Assembly (NCBI RefSeq): GCF_009914755.1
Contig: NC_060927.1
Origin: the human T2T-CHM13v2.0 reference genome, Homo sapiens
Reading direction: 5' to 3' (one strand)
Length of the DNA: 64,000 bases
Below the pieces are notes generated by a model, which ran no database searches, was not told the DNA's origin, and saw only the letters and a program-made list of their open reading frames with translations. Shown piece by piece: positions 14,904 through 29,396 of this stretch (positions are counted from its first letter, which is position 1; each line of letters starts with the position of its first letter). The position numbers were made by a program, and so were the translations under genes.

Positions 14904-16790
14904 ATTTGGGCTTATTCTGGGTTCTCTATTCTGTTTCATTGGTCTATTTGCCTGTTTTTATACCAGTACCATACTGTTTTGGTGACTATGGCCTTATAGT
15001 TTGAAATCAGGTAATATGATGACTCCAGATTTGTTCTTTTTGCTTAGTCTTGCTTTGGCTATGTGAGCTCTTTTTTGGTTCCATATGAATTTTAGGATTG
15101 TTTTTTCTAGTTCTATGAAGTATGATGGTGGTATTTTGATGGGAATTGCATTGAATTTGTAGATTGCTTTTGGCAGTATGGTCATTTGCACAATATTGAT
15201 TCTACCCATCCATGAGCATGGGATGTGTTTCCATTTGTTTGTGTTGTCTATGATTTCTTTCAGCAGTGTTTTGTAGTTTTCCTTGTAGAGGTTAGCTATA
15301 TTCCTCCTTGGCTAGCTATATTCCTCCTTGGCTAGCTATATTCCTAAGTATTTTATTTTTATTTTTTGCAGCTGTTGTAAAAGGGGTTGAGTTCTTGATT
15401 TGATTCTCAATTTGGTCGCTGTTGGTGTATAGCAGAGCTACTGATTTGTGTACATTAATTTTGTATCCTGAAACAGTGACAGTTTGACTTCCCCTTTACA
15501 GATTTGGATTGTCCAACAAAGCAAACACAAACAAAGTGGGGAAAGGACACCTTATTCAACAAATGGTGCTGGGTAAATGGCAAGCCACATGTAGGAGAAT
15601 GAAACTGGAGCCTCATCTCTCACCTTATACAAAAATCAACTCAAAATGGATCAAAGACTTAAATCTATGACATGGAACTATAAAAATTCTAGAAGATAAC
15701 ATTGGAAAAACCCTTCTAGACATTGGCTTAGGCAAAGATTTCATGACCAAGAACCCAAAAGCGAATGCAACCAAAACAACAATAAATAGGTGGGACTTAA
15801 TTAAACTAAAGAGCTTTTGCATGGCAAAAAGAACAGTCAGCAGAGTAAACAGACAACCCACAGAGTGGGAAAAAAATGTTCACAATCTATGCATCCAACA
15901 AAGGACTAATATTCAGAATCTACAAGGAACTCAAACATTAATTAGCAAGAAAAAAACAAACCCATCAAAAAGTGGGCTAAGGACATGAATAGACAATTCT
16001 CAAAAGAAGATACACAAATGACCAATAAACATGAAAAAATGCTCAACATCACTAATAATCAGAGAAATGAAAACCACAATGCGATACCACCTTACTCCCA
16101 CAAGAATGGTCATTATCAAAGAATGAAAAAATAATAGAAGTTGGTGTGGATACAGTGAAAAGGGAACACTTCTACACTGCTGGTGGGAATGTAAACTAGT
16201 ACACCCACTATGGAAGAGTGTGGAGATTCCTTAAAGAACTAAAAGTAGAACTACCATTTGATCCAGCAATCCCACTACTGGGTATCTACCCAGAGGAAAG
16301 GAAGTCAATATACAAAAAAGATACTTGCACACACGTTTATAGCAGCACAATTCACAATTCCAAAAATGTGGAAGCAGCCCAAATGCCCATCAATCAATGA
16401 GTGGATAAAGAAACTGTGGTACATATATATGATGGAATACTACTCAGCCATAAAAAGGAATGAATTAATGGCATTCACAGCAACCTGGATAGGATTAGAG
16501 ACTATTATTCTAAGTGAAGTAACTCAGGAATGGAAAACCAATCAGCCCATGTTCTCAGTTATAAGTGGGAGCTAAGCTATGAGGATGCAAAGGCATAAAA
16601 ATGATACAATAGACTTTGGGGGCTCAGGGGGAAAGGGTAGGAAGGGGGTGAGGGATAAAAGACTATAAATTGGGTTCAGTGTATACTGCTCGGGTTATGG
16701 GTGCACTAATATCTCACAAATTACCACTAAAGAACTTATGTAATCAAATACCACCGGTTTCCCAAAAACCCATGGAAATAAAAAAAAAAT
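14904..16790. mobile_element. L1PB-type element with 5' inversion
   Basis: 14904-15510 is ORF2 on -, 15511-16790 is ORF2 end and 3'UTR on +; the pieces are nearly contiguous in L1. Confidence 0.88.
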
Positions 16791-16814
16791 TTAATAAAAG
16801 ATTTCAATCTGTTT

Positions 16815-16945
16815 AAAAAAAGGAGGAGGAGGGAGGAGGAAAGGAGGAGGAGGAAGGAGGGAGGAAGGAGGAAGAAAGAGGAGGAAGGAGGAGGAAGAAA
16901 ATGGAAGAAGGAAGAAAAAAGGAAGAAAGAAGAAAGAAGGATAGA
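16815..16945 (+). repeat. GGA/GAA purine-rich low-complexity tract
   Basis: ~130 nt almost purely A/G. Confidence 0.9.
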
Positions 16946-16949
16946 AATT

Positions 16950-17110
16950 GCCAGGTATGGTGCTGCACCCCTGTAGTCCCAGCTACTTGGGAGGCTGAGG
17001 TGGGAGGATCACATGAGCCCAGGAGTTTGAGGTTGTGGGAAGCTATGAACATGCCACTGTACTGTAGCCCAGGCAACAGAGTAAGATTCTGTCTCAAACA
17101 AAAAGAAAAA
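16950..17110 (+). mobile_element. AluJ right monomer (element split by L1)
   Basis: Right arm; downstream aaggaaagtagtc resembles aagaaaggtagtt upstream of the left arm. Confidence 0.8.
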
Positions 17111-17314
17111 AAGGAAGGAAAGTAGTCAAACATGGCAAATGACTAAAAGATAAGGCATTCTTTTTTTAAGAACTTAAAATTTTCAAGGTAAACATTTAAG
17201 ATTTTTTAAGCTATTCTTTTTATTTTAGATGAGAATTTCAATTGGTTGAATACAACTATAAGGAGAAATTATGTGAATTAAATAATCTATCCTAAAATTA
17301 AGAAACAAAATTAG

Positions 17315-17622
<308 letters not shown>

Positions 17623-17746
17623 TTATTTTCACTAAATAAAATTAATTTCAATTCACTGAAATAACATTCTATTAAATTATTTTAGGAAAAAACTATTTAT
17701 GACAATTTCAAGTTATCCTGAAATTTAGAAATCATTTTATACTCAC

Positions 17747-17926
17747 ATTGCTGGCTTAATACAGAGTGTTCTAATTGGGTCTGAATCTCTTGAAGATAAT
17801 CTGAAGAGACCCAGAAGAAAAGAATAGCATGACTCCTTTTACTGTGATTATCATCCTTACTTTTCCATAACCCAAACCGCTTTAAATGTGTGGTATCCAC
17901 TAGCAATGAAATCTCATTCAGGGACA
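17747..17926 (-). CDS. SENP7: SENP7 coding exon (180 nt)
   Basis: AG/GTGAGT; (V)[59 protein letters not shown]; within listed ORF 17697..17990. Confidence 0.94.
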
Positions 17927-18839
17927 CTGAAACAAATAAAAGACAACAATTTAAAAAATTAATCCATTTAAGAATACACCACTTAAACATTATACGACAC
18001 TTGTTAATACACTACTTTTTTTTAAAAAAAGAGAATTATATAGAAGTTTTTTCAAAAATATATTTCCAGTGCACTTTGCTAACCTTAGCTAAAATGCCCC
18101 AAGCAGTATTATTAGAGTAAAAATAAATCACATTACAATTAGGAAGGGCTAAATAATTATTAAATGACAATTAAATAGAGATTGAATCTCTCACATTATA
18201 TGATTTCAGTTATAACCAGAGAGGGAAAATTTGAGATTAAATATTCATAGCATAAAAACTCTGTCTGGAGAGAATTCTCTCCAGGAATTCTGATAATCGT
18301 TAGCAAAAAGGAAAAAAATGTCTATCAGTGCAGAAAACTAAGCACAGTATAACTCAGAAAATGATATATTTCCACCTTTTCTATATTGGTCAATACTATA
18401 TAAACCAAGATCACAAGTGCTATCATAGGCCAATTCCTGCCCATCTTTCTTCTCCTAAGGCATTTGCATTCCGCTATACAGATGAGCCACTATCAAAAGA
18501 GTCTCAAGAAAATTAGGAGGTTCTGAATGGTCTAAGGAGACATTTCTTTTAAAATTCCTCCAGGTTTTATTTCTCAAAACTTCTAGATGATCATTCTAAA
18601 TTATTGGTCTTTCTCCCTCTTAGGGAGCTAAAGGAATCTCCTCTGAGGACTTTTACTCTTTAATTCAAAGAAACATTAAAAAAAAAAAAACTGATTTAAA
18701 GAAGTCCTGAAGGTCACTTAGTTCAACTGCAAGACAGCAAGCAACTGAACTGGAATACAAATATCAGTCAAGCGTAAACCCAAGATGGGCACCTATTTGA
18801 AACACACCTCTTAGTATTCCTCCCAGCATTATTTCCTAG

Positions 18840-19020
18840 AACTTTGTTACTCAAAGTATAGTCTAAGCTGAGCTTGTGACATTAGTATCAGCAACATCTG
18901 GAAGACTGTTAGAAATGCAGAGTATCAGGCCCCACCTTACATCTACTGAACCAGCAGATCTCAGTTTAATAGCCCACTCCAACCCCGTGATTCACATGAA
19001 CATTAAAATATGAAAATCTT
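18840..19020. mobile_element. MER5-type hAT fragment
   Basis: tgttagaaatgcaga...caggcccca core motif. Confidence 0.6.
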
Positions 19021-19323
19021 TCCATGATGAGTATTTACCAGTCATCTTAATGTTCCCAAGCCAGTCATTCTATTCTTCATACTGTAACTCTTCCATTCTG
19101 AAAACTGTCAGTAAAAACTGGCAGCAAAGCTTAAATCAAAACCAGAATGAGAGCCCTCAGAATGCTACTCAGCATTTCTTTCTCATGAAGCTCACAGCCC
19201 CATAGGTACATTTGATCCTATTTCTGTGAAATCTACACAACTACTACTAATCTAATTGTTCTTGGTGTTTAGAATGAAAGCTAAATTTTCTTTAGGAAGA
19301 CAACTTTAAAAGATTATCTTTTT

Positions 19324-19576
19324 CCTGTGTCCATGTGTTCTCATTGTTCAATTCCCACCTATGAGTGAGAACATGTGGTGTTTGGTTTTTTGTCCTTGCA
19401 ATAGTTTGCTGAGAATGATGGTTTCCGGGGAGGGATAGCATTAGGAGATATACCTAATGCTAAATGACGAGTTAATGGGTGCAGCATACCAACATGGCAC
19501 ATGTATACATATGTAACAGACCTGCACGTTGTGCACATGTACCCTAAAACTTAAAGTATAATAATAATAATTTAAA
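19324..19576. mobile_element. Very short L1PA (PA3/PA4-like) with 5' inversion
   Basis: 19324-19426 on -, 19427-19576 on +; perfect TSD aaaagattatcttttt at 19308-19323 and 19577-19592. Confidence 0.92.
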
Positions 19577-19689
19577 AAAAGATTATCTTTTTAAAAAAAG
19601 GGAATTTAACACCATCATGAGAAAAATTTATACCTCATTACCAAGTCTGCCCCCAATATATGGTTTATTCTGTTACAGGTGTATAGCAG

Positions 19690-20200
19690 ATACTAAAAGT
19701 GGGAGTTGCCTACCCACTTATCCATTTCTTCTTCTTCCTCAGTAACAGAACCCTAATTTTACTGAGGGAAGCAAGATACACAGTTTTGAAAACTCTATTT
19801 CCTAGCTTCCTTTACAAACGGGTGTGTGGGCTTGACTAGCTAGCTAATAAAATGTAAGCAGAAAAGGTTATGTCGCATGGACATCCAAGAAGGCTCCTTA
19901 AAAGGGCAAGAGATTGGTAGCATGTGCTCTGTTTACGGTTTCCCCTTCCTACTGCTTTCTGTCTAAAATATCAATATGATGATGGAGTCTGAGCTACAAT
20001 AATGGCCATGAGATAAACTTGAGGATGCAAGTCATACGTCAGGAATGACAGAATAGAAAAATGCAACTCATGTGTCAGGGTCATGTGCCCCCGATGACCA
20101 AGGAAACATCACATCAGTTCAGATTACTTCTGGATTTCTTCTATGTGAAAGAAAAATAAAATATTTTCTTTATGCATTGTTACTAACAGCCAAACATAAT
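19690..20200 (+). mobile_element. MLT1J-like LTR
   Basis: MLT1-type motifs (cagaaccctaatttt, tgttact...cagccaaac). Confidence 0.55.
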
Positions 20201-21495
20201 TAATACCTAATATAAATACGGATAAATCAATTTTTCCCCAGCTGCACAGAAAAAGTGGAAACATTTAGACCCTCAGGTTCCCACCTACAAAAACCTTTAT
20301 ATGCATGCTTTGTTTTAAAAAGATTTATGGGAACTTGGACAGGACTTGAGGAAGAAGACTAATATTTTCTTCTTTCATTATAAAATTATAAACCTATTAT
20401 CACTGAAGAGAGTATTTTTCCACAATCTGTAATAAAATTTCTTTTAAAAATTATATGCAATAGAAAAGTTATAAAATAAGAAAGCAATATTATAAATATT
20501 AACTGTGAAAATCTAAAATATCGTTTTTGATGTTTGTATCGCAAGAATTTGAGAGGCAGCTCTGTTACCCAGGTCTTTAACTATAAACTGTAGTGCTATC
20601 TTTTCTGAAATTATCATCCCCTTTTAAAATCACATGACTTTTTTTGTTTCTTCTACAGAACAAATATTATTCCTTAATAATTTATTAATATTTCCTATTT
20701 AGGACTATCAATATACTTATTCTGTGCCCTTTATATTCTTAATACTTAATTAAGATACAGTAAGCAATCAAATTATTAGAACAATTATCATAACATAGTT
20801 TTGGATTCTGTACATAAAGTATCTGTGGAATCCAACTAAATCCAACTAATCCAACTAAAGCTACTTTGATAGCATCTCCAATCTTCGAACAGAAGCCTCT
20901 TCTTCTCTAATTCCTATCTATGCCATTTGTGTGTTTTTCTTCCTTGTTCTTTTTAGAATTCATTATATAAATAGATTATCCTCTATTGTATATTGGTTTT
21001 CTTAGTGTCATAATTTATTCTGAAAGGTTTTCAGTTGAGAAGAGAATGAGAAAATGGTGTGAGTCTCTATAAGTTACAGGTACATTTTCCAGTCTACTTT
21101 CCCTTACTAAGATATGCAATTGTATAACATTCTCTTACCCTCTATGCAAAAACATTTTACATGTTTGTGTGCAATATTAAACATTTTCCTTATGCTTCTT
21201 TTCTTATAGTTACTATTGTTATCCATTTTTATATATACCAAAATATTGTTGCTATCTATCAGAACTGTGTTTCTGTTAATCCTAAGAAATCACCATGAAT
21301 CCTTTAACACTGTTTGATTTATAGTCATTAAAACAATAGCATACGATTTTCAGAACAAGTCCATTATAAAACATTTTTACTCCATTTGGAATTGCTAAAA
21401 AATATTAAGGTGAAACATTATTAAACTTAGTTTTACTTAAATTTATACTAAAAACTATAGTAAAAAGACAAGTTCATAAGAGAATGATAACTTAC

Positions 21496-21529
21496 CTTGA
21501 AATGGGATCTTAATATATTTTTTTGTGAT
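21496..21529 (-). CDS. SENP7: SENP7 small coding exon (34 nt)
   Basis: tttttcttcag acceptor, AAG/GTAAGT donor; ITKKYIKIPFQ; needed to bridge phase 0 to phase 1 between flanking exons. Confidence 0.92.
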
Positions 21530-24144
21530 CTGAAGAAAAAATTAAAAAGCAAACAATGAGTTACCACTCAAAATGTGTTACTATTCAAATTTTTTTTTTC
21601 AAATCACAAGTACATATTCAAAGTCTACATTATAAGTGCTCAAGCCTTTTTATCAATAAACCAATAAAATATTTCACTACAAAGACTTAGTTTTATGGAA
21701 ATTTTAAGAACCCCATGTAAGTAATTTAATTCTCAATATGCTCATTTACAAAAACCAGTAAGACTAATAAATATATTTTTCAAAAATGTTTTCTGAAAAT
21801 GTAAAGACTAAGACAAAGCCCAGAAGAAACTGCCAAGAGACCTCTAAGTAGCAGTGACTCTGGTAAATATAAATAGTCCATAAAACAGAGTTTCATTTTT
21901 GGCTTTGCTGACTCAGCAGCTGACGATGATTCCCTTGGTGATGAACTCACACTAACCAAACTCACAAGAAACTGCTAAACAAACCAAAATGCCAACATAC
22001 TATTTTATAATGAGAAATTAAAATTGTCAGAAGGCTTGTGTCCAACCTGATGTGAATATTCTGTTTCTGTACAAAAACTACCAATTATAATTTTAAAATT
22101 TGCTTTTACCACATAAAAGCAGAACTAAAAAATTCAGTTGTTTAATGTGAAATGGCTACAAAAGTCATAGATTCAACTTCATTCACAGCAGTGATGCACC
22201 TGTCAAAATGGTAATATAAATTAAGTCCCTAAGCCAGAACACCCTCTTCCCTGGATGACTTTTAGGTGGGCACCACCGTCTTCATTCCTAGCATTCATCT
22301 TTCTTTGTTTCATGTTATAAATTCCCTTCCAACTGAGGTTCTTGCTCTTTCTGCTCCTTCTGTCCCAGGACACTTATTTTCTCTAGGTACCTTTTGTATA
22401 TATCTGACTTCCTTAAGAGCTGCTTTTATAATAGGGTTGTGGAGCACCTAGCTAAATCTTACGTGTACTATCTAAAGCAGACTTCTGCTTTGAAGTTTGT
22501 GTTTCCATTAATATCAAATGAATTTGTACCTATTTATTTATTACTTGGTTAAGTTTTGTTGTTGTTGTTCAATACATTTTGTTGATCAAATCGGGTATGG
22601 TCTGTGAGCACAAAACGAAATCAAAATGTTCTTGGTATGTGAGCTCCATTTAAGTATCAAACAATGTTCAGTGAAACCACAGGTTTATTTTGACTCCACT
22701 TATTTTCCAATTTAAAAATTATTTCATCTTGTACTTTCACAAATATAAAACCCTATATTCCATAGAGTAAGTGAGCCATGAAAACCAAATGTGAGGCAAT
22801 AGATCATAATTAACTAAAAGCTGAGCTTGGAGTTAAAATCCTGCCTCTACTGTCTCTACCACTTACACAAGTAGTAAGTAGGTAAACTTAGGTAACTTAT
22901 TGAACTTTTTCCAGCTTTAGTAAGATCCTTAATCAAGGAAGTTGTTATCATTAGACACTAGCATCTGATCAAGAATGTTACATAATTTAATCAAATATCT
23001 AATTATTGTTACTTTCATATAACTGCCACCATATTTAATGTATACTGCCCCTTTCCAAACTCTTTCTGGCATGTTTCACAGGGTCTTTAATCCTATAAAA
23101 TATATCTTGGCAAACGTAAATCATTAGTACTAAAAATTAAACAGAAGCGGTGTTTGCCTTTCAGAATTTGCACAGCCATAACTTCCAAATTATAAAGTAG
23201 AAGTAGTGCATCTGCATGTCCCCACCCACTACTTACTACACTATTCTCTCACTTTCCCCCATCAAATGCTCGGGAGCTATCAAATGTTTCTCCTTGGCAA
23301 GGATCTGATATTCATTTATCCCTCTGAATAATGACTAAGCCAATAGGTTACCTCTCCAGAGTTAAAACCCTACTCCCAGCAGACTTAACCCCTAGATTTA
23401 AAAATAAGAAAAATTTTGTGGCAGTAAGGTAAACCTAGTTCTCTGAAATCATACCAACTTTGTTTAAACTTAAGAATAAAGCTAATAATAAGAGCTATTT
23501 TATAATTTCTTACAATAGCTAATAGTTATCTGAATATAGTATTACTTAATTTCTCGTACTATCAACAAAGACTTTTAAGAAAGACAATGTTTACATTTAT
23601 TGCAGCATTTGCTACACTAAAAAAATAACCAGTGTCTAACTATAGGAACATGGCTCTAATTTATGTAATAATTTCCAGCTATAAGTATTTTTCTAATTCA
23701 GCTAAATTGTAACTACTGTGAGAGTCAGAACAGTATCTCCAGTGTCTACAATAATGCTTAACACATAGTAGGTAGTCACTGAATGTATGGAGAATAAATT
23801 AATTTAATTCTCTAATATCTTTACCCACCAAAAAAGAAAAAAAAGTTCTTTAATTTCTGTTACAGTGCATCCTGAACTGTCTGAAAAAGAATATACCTAA
23901 AAACCTGAAAAACCTGAAATTTTTACCCTTTTCCCTTTTTTAGGTTATTCATTATACTTAAAATTTTTTTTAATTGCTTATATTCTCTCCATCATAACTG
24001 TCCTAATTTTTGTAGGATTCTTCTCAGCCTTTGTTCACATGCATATATTTACTTTGAATTGCTAAATCACTTTCCTATAATTAAACATTTAAGTTTTTAA
24101 TCTAATTATATGAAATGTTCCAGCAAACATAAATAAAATTTGTT

Positions 24145-25924
24145 ACCTTTTATTTTAGGTTCAGGGGTACATGTACAGGTCTGCTATACATGTAAACCTG
24201 TGTCACAGGGGTTTGTTGTACAGATTGTTTTGAAACCCAGGTATTAAGCCTAGTACTCGATAGTTATTTTTTCTGCTCTTCTCCCTCCTCCCACCTTCAA
24301 GTAGGCTCCAGAGTCTGTTACTCCCTTCTTTGTGTCCATGAGTTTTCATCATTTAGCTCCCACTTATAATTGAGAATATGCGGTATTTGGTTATCTGTTC
24401 CTATGTTAGTTTGCTAAGGATAATAGCCTCCAGCTCTATCCACATTCCCGCAAAAGACATGATCTTATTCTTTTTCTAGCCGCATAGTACTCCCACTACA
24501 TGTTCTTTATCCAATCTGTCATTGTTGGGCACTTAGGTTGATTCCATATGTTTCCTATTATGAATAGTGCTGCAATTCACATGCATATGTCTTTATGGTA
24601 GAATGACTTATATTTGTCTGGGTATAATACCAGTAATGGGATTGCTGGGTTGAATGGTAATTCTGTTTTTAGCTCTTTGAGGGATCGCCACATTACTTTC
24701 CACAATGATTGAACTAATTTGCATCCCCCAACAAGTGTGTCCCTTTTTTCTGCAACCTCGTCAGCATGTTGTTGACCTTTTAACAATAGCCATTCTGACT
24801 GGTATGAGATGGTATCTCACTGTGGTTTTGATTTGGATTTCTCTAATGATCAGTGATATTGAGCTTTTTTACCATATGCTTCTTGGCCACATGTATGTCT
24901 TTGGAAAAGTGTCTGCTCATGTCCCTTGTCCACTTTTTCATAGGGTTGTTTTTTTCCTGTAAATTTAAGTTCCTTATAGATGCTAGATATTAGACCTTTG
25001 TCAGATGCCTACTTTGCAAATATTTCCTCCCATTCTGTAGGTTGTCTGTTTACTCTGCTGATAGTTTCTTTTGCTGTGCAGAAGTTCTTTAGTTTAACTA
25101 GATCCATTTGTCAATTTTTGTTTTTGTTGTGATTTTGACATCCTCGTCATGAAATCTTTGCCTGTGCCTATATTCAGAATGATACTGCCTAGGTTGTCTT
25201 CCAGGGTTTTTATAGTTTTGGGTTTCACATTTAAGTCTCTAATCCATCTTGAGTTGATTTTTGTGTATGGTATAAGGAAGGGGTCCAGCTTCAGTCTTCT
25301 GCATATGGCTAGCCAGTTATCTTAGCACCGTTTATTGAATAGTGAGTGCTTTCCCCATTGCTTGTTTTTGTCTGCTTTGTCAAAGATCAGATGGTCATAG
25401 GTGTGCAGCTTTATTTCCAGGCTCTATATTCTGTTTCATTGACCTATGTGTCTGTTTTTGTACCAGTACCATACTGTTTTGGTTACTATAGCTCTATAGC
25501 ACAGTTTGAAGCTGGGTAACATGATGCCTCCAGCTTTGTTCCTTTTGCTTAGGATTGCCTTGGCAATCAGGCCTCTTTTTTTTGGCTCCATATGAATTTT
25601 AAAATACTTTTTCATATTTCTGTGAATATCATTGATAATTTGATAGGAATAGCACTGAATCTATAAACTGCTTTGCGCAAGATGGCCATTTTAATTCTAT
25701 TGATTCTTCCTATCCATGAACATGGAATGTTTTTCCATTTGTTTGTGTCATACTGATTTCTTGGAGCAGTGTTTTGCAGTTTTCATTGTAGAGATCTTTC
25801 ACCTCCCTGGTTAGCAGTATTCATAGGTATTTTATTCATTTTGTGGCAATTGTGAGTGGGATTGCATTCCTGATTTGGCTCTTGGCTTTGTTGCTGTTGG
25901 TGTATATGAGTGCTAGTGATTTTT
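24145..25924 (-). mobile_element. Older L1PA 3' portion (host of the ZNF retrocopy)
   Basis: L1 3'UTR and ORF2 C-terminal similarity on -; sequence resumes after the second TSD. Confidence 0.88.
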
Positions 25925-26674
25925 TTTTAATGTACTGCATTTTATTACATAAAAGTACAATTAGTAAAATAATATAGTAATTTATTTGAATATACTTTTA
26001 ACTATAATTAATCATTCCTTCCTCTCACTATAATGTTGAAAAGTATTACTCTGAACACCTACCTTATACGTTACTTAATGTAAGTTAACTACAAAGAGCC
26101 TCTCCACTTACATTTTCATCATGCATCTCACATTTTAATCTCCTTATTCATTTATAGAAAAGGTCATAAATAATGCCCAACTAATAAAAAAGAATTTCTA
26201 ATATCTCTGATGCAGCAACAATTGATCATATGCTTTCCCATGTGAATACAATAGGAATAAAATAACAGCATAAAGTAATTTGAAAGCTGTATTACATCAT
26301 TATTCACTTTTCAAAAAAATTTTTTCAAGGAAACAAGTACATTTTCAATGTAATTACAATACTTCAAAAAATCTACTCCCTTTAAAGTTATATACAAATA
26401 ATTTAACAACTTTAGTTGTAGATTAGTTTTTATACTCAACACTCTGATTTCGTGTAATGTCTGAAGTGTCAGTACCTTATTCTACTGTAAATTCTTTGAT
26501 ATTTACATAGAATCAATTTTGAATTAAATATTTTTTCATATTTACTGCATCGGCAAAAATATATTTTCATATAAACTCTGGTGTTTTCTAAGCAGTAATT
26601 TTTGAAAAAAAAAAGTGTTTCCAAATTCATTACATTTGCAGGACTCTTCTCCAATATAAATTCCCTGATGCTGA

Positions 26675-27638
<964 letters not shown>

Positions 27639-27654
27639 TAAATGTAAAGAATGA

Positions 27655-28375
<721 letters not shown>

Positions 28376-28443
28376 TAAACCCTACAAATATAAAGAATGT
28401 GACAAAGCTTTTTAAGGAAGTTCTCAACCCTTATTACACATAA

Positions 28444-28812
<369 letters not shown>

Positions 28813-29151
28813 ATAAGTTCTCAATTCTTAAGAGACAAACGATAATTCATGCTGAAAAGGAACTCTACAAACCTGAAAGATGTGACAGTACTTGTACAAA
28901 CACCTCCAACTTTGCAATACATTAAAAAAAAAAGTTATACTAGTGTGAAACCCTAGAAATGTATAAAACGTGACAAAGCCTTTATATGGTTGCCACACTT
29001 GATTGTAGGTAAGATAATTCATACTGGCAAAACTCCTACAAGTATAAAGAATGTGGCAAAACTTTTAATCTGTGCTTACCCTTATTTCACAGGAAAGCTA
29101 TTACCCTTGAGAAAAATTGTCCACATATAAAGAATATGGAAAAGCCATTAA

Positions 29152-29396
29152 TGCTAGTGATTTTTGTACACTGATTTTGTGTCCTAAAACTTTGCTGAAG
29201 TTGTTTATCAGCTGAAAGAGCTTTTGGGCTGAGATCCTATATCTAGAAAATTTATATATAATATATATAAATATATATATAGAATCCAGACATAGAATCA
29301 TATCATCTGCAAACAGGGATAGTTTGACTTCCTCTCCTCCAATTTGAATGTACTTTCTTTCTTTCTCTTGCCTGATGGCCCTGGCCAGGACTTCTG
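29152..29396 (-). mobile_element. Continuation of the same L1 (ORF2 RT region, 5'-truncated)
   Basis: Encodes [33 protein letters not shown] (L1 RT FADD motif). Confidence 0.88.

Noticed and set aside
20829-20859. (atccaacta)x3 and other short tandem or (CA)n repeats
   Set aside because: Ordinary slippage repeats
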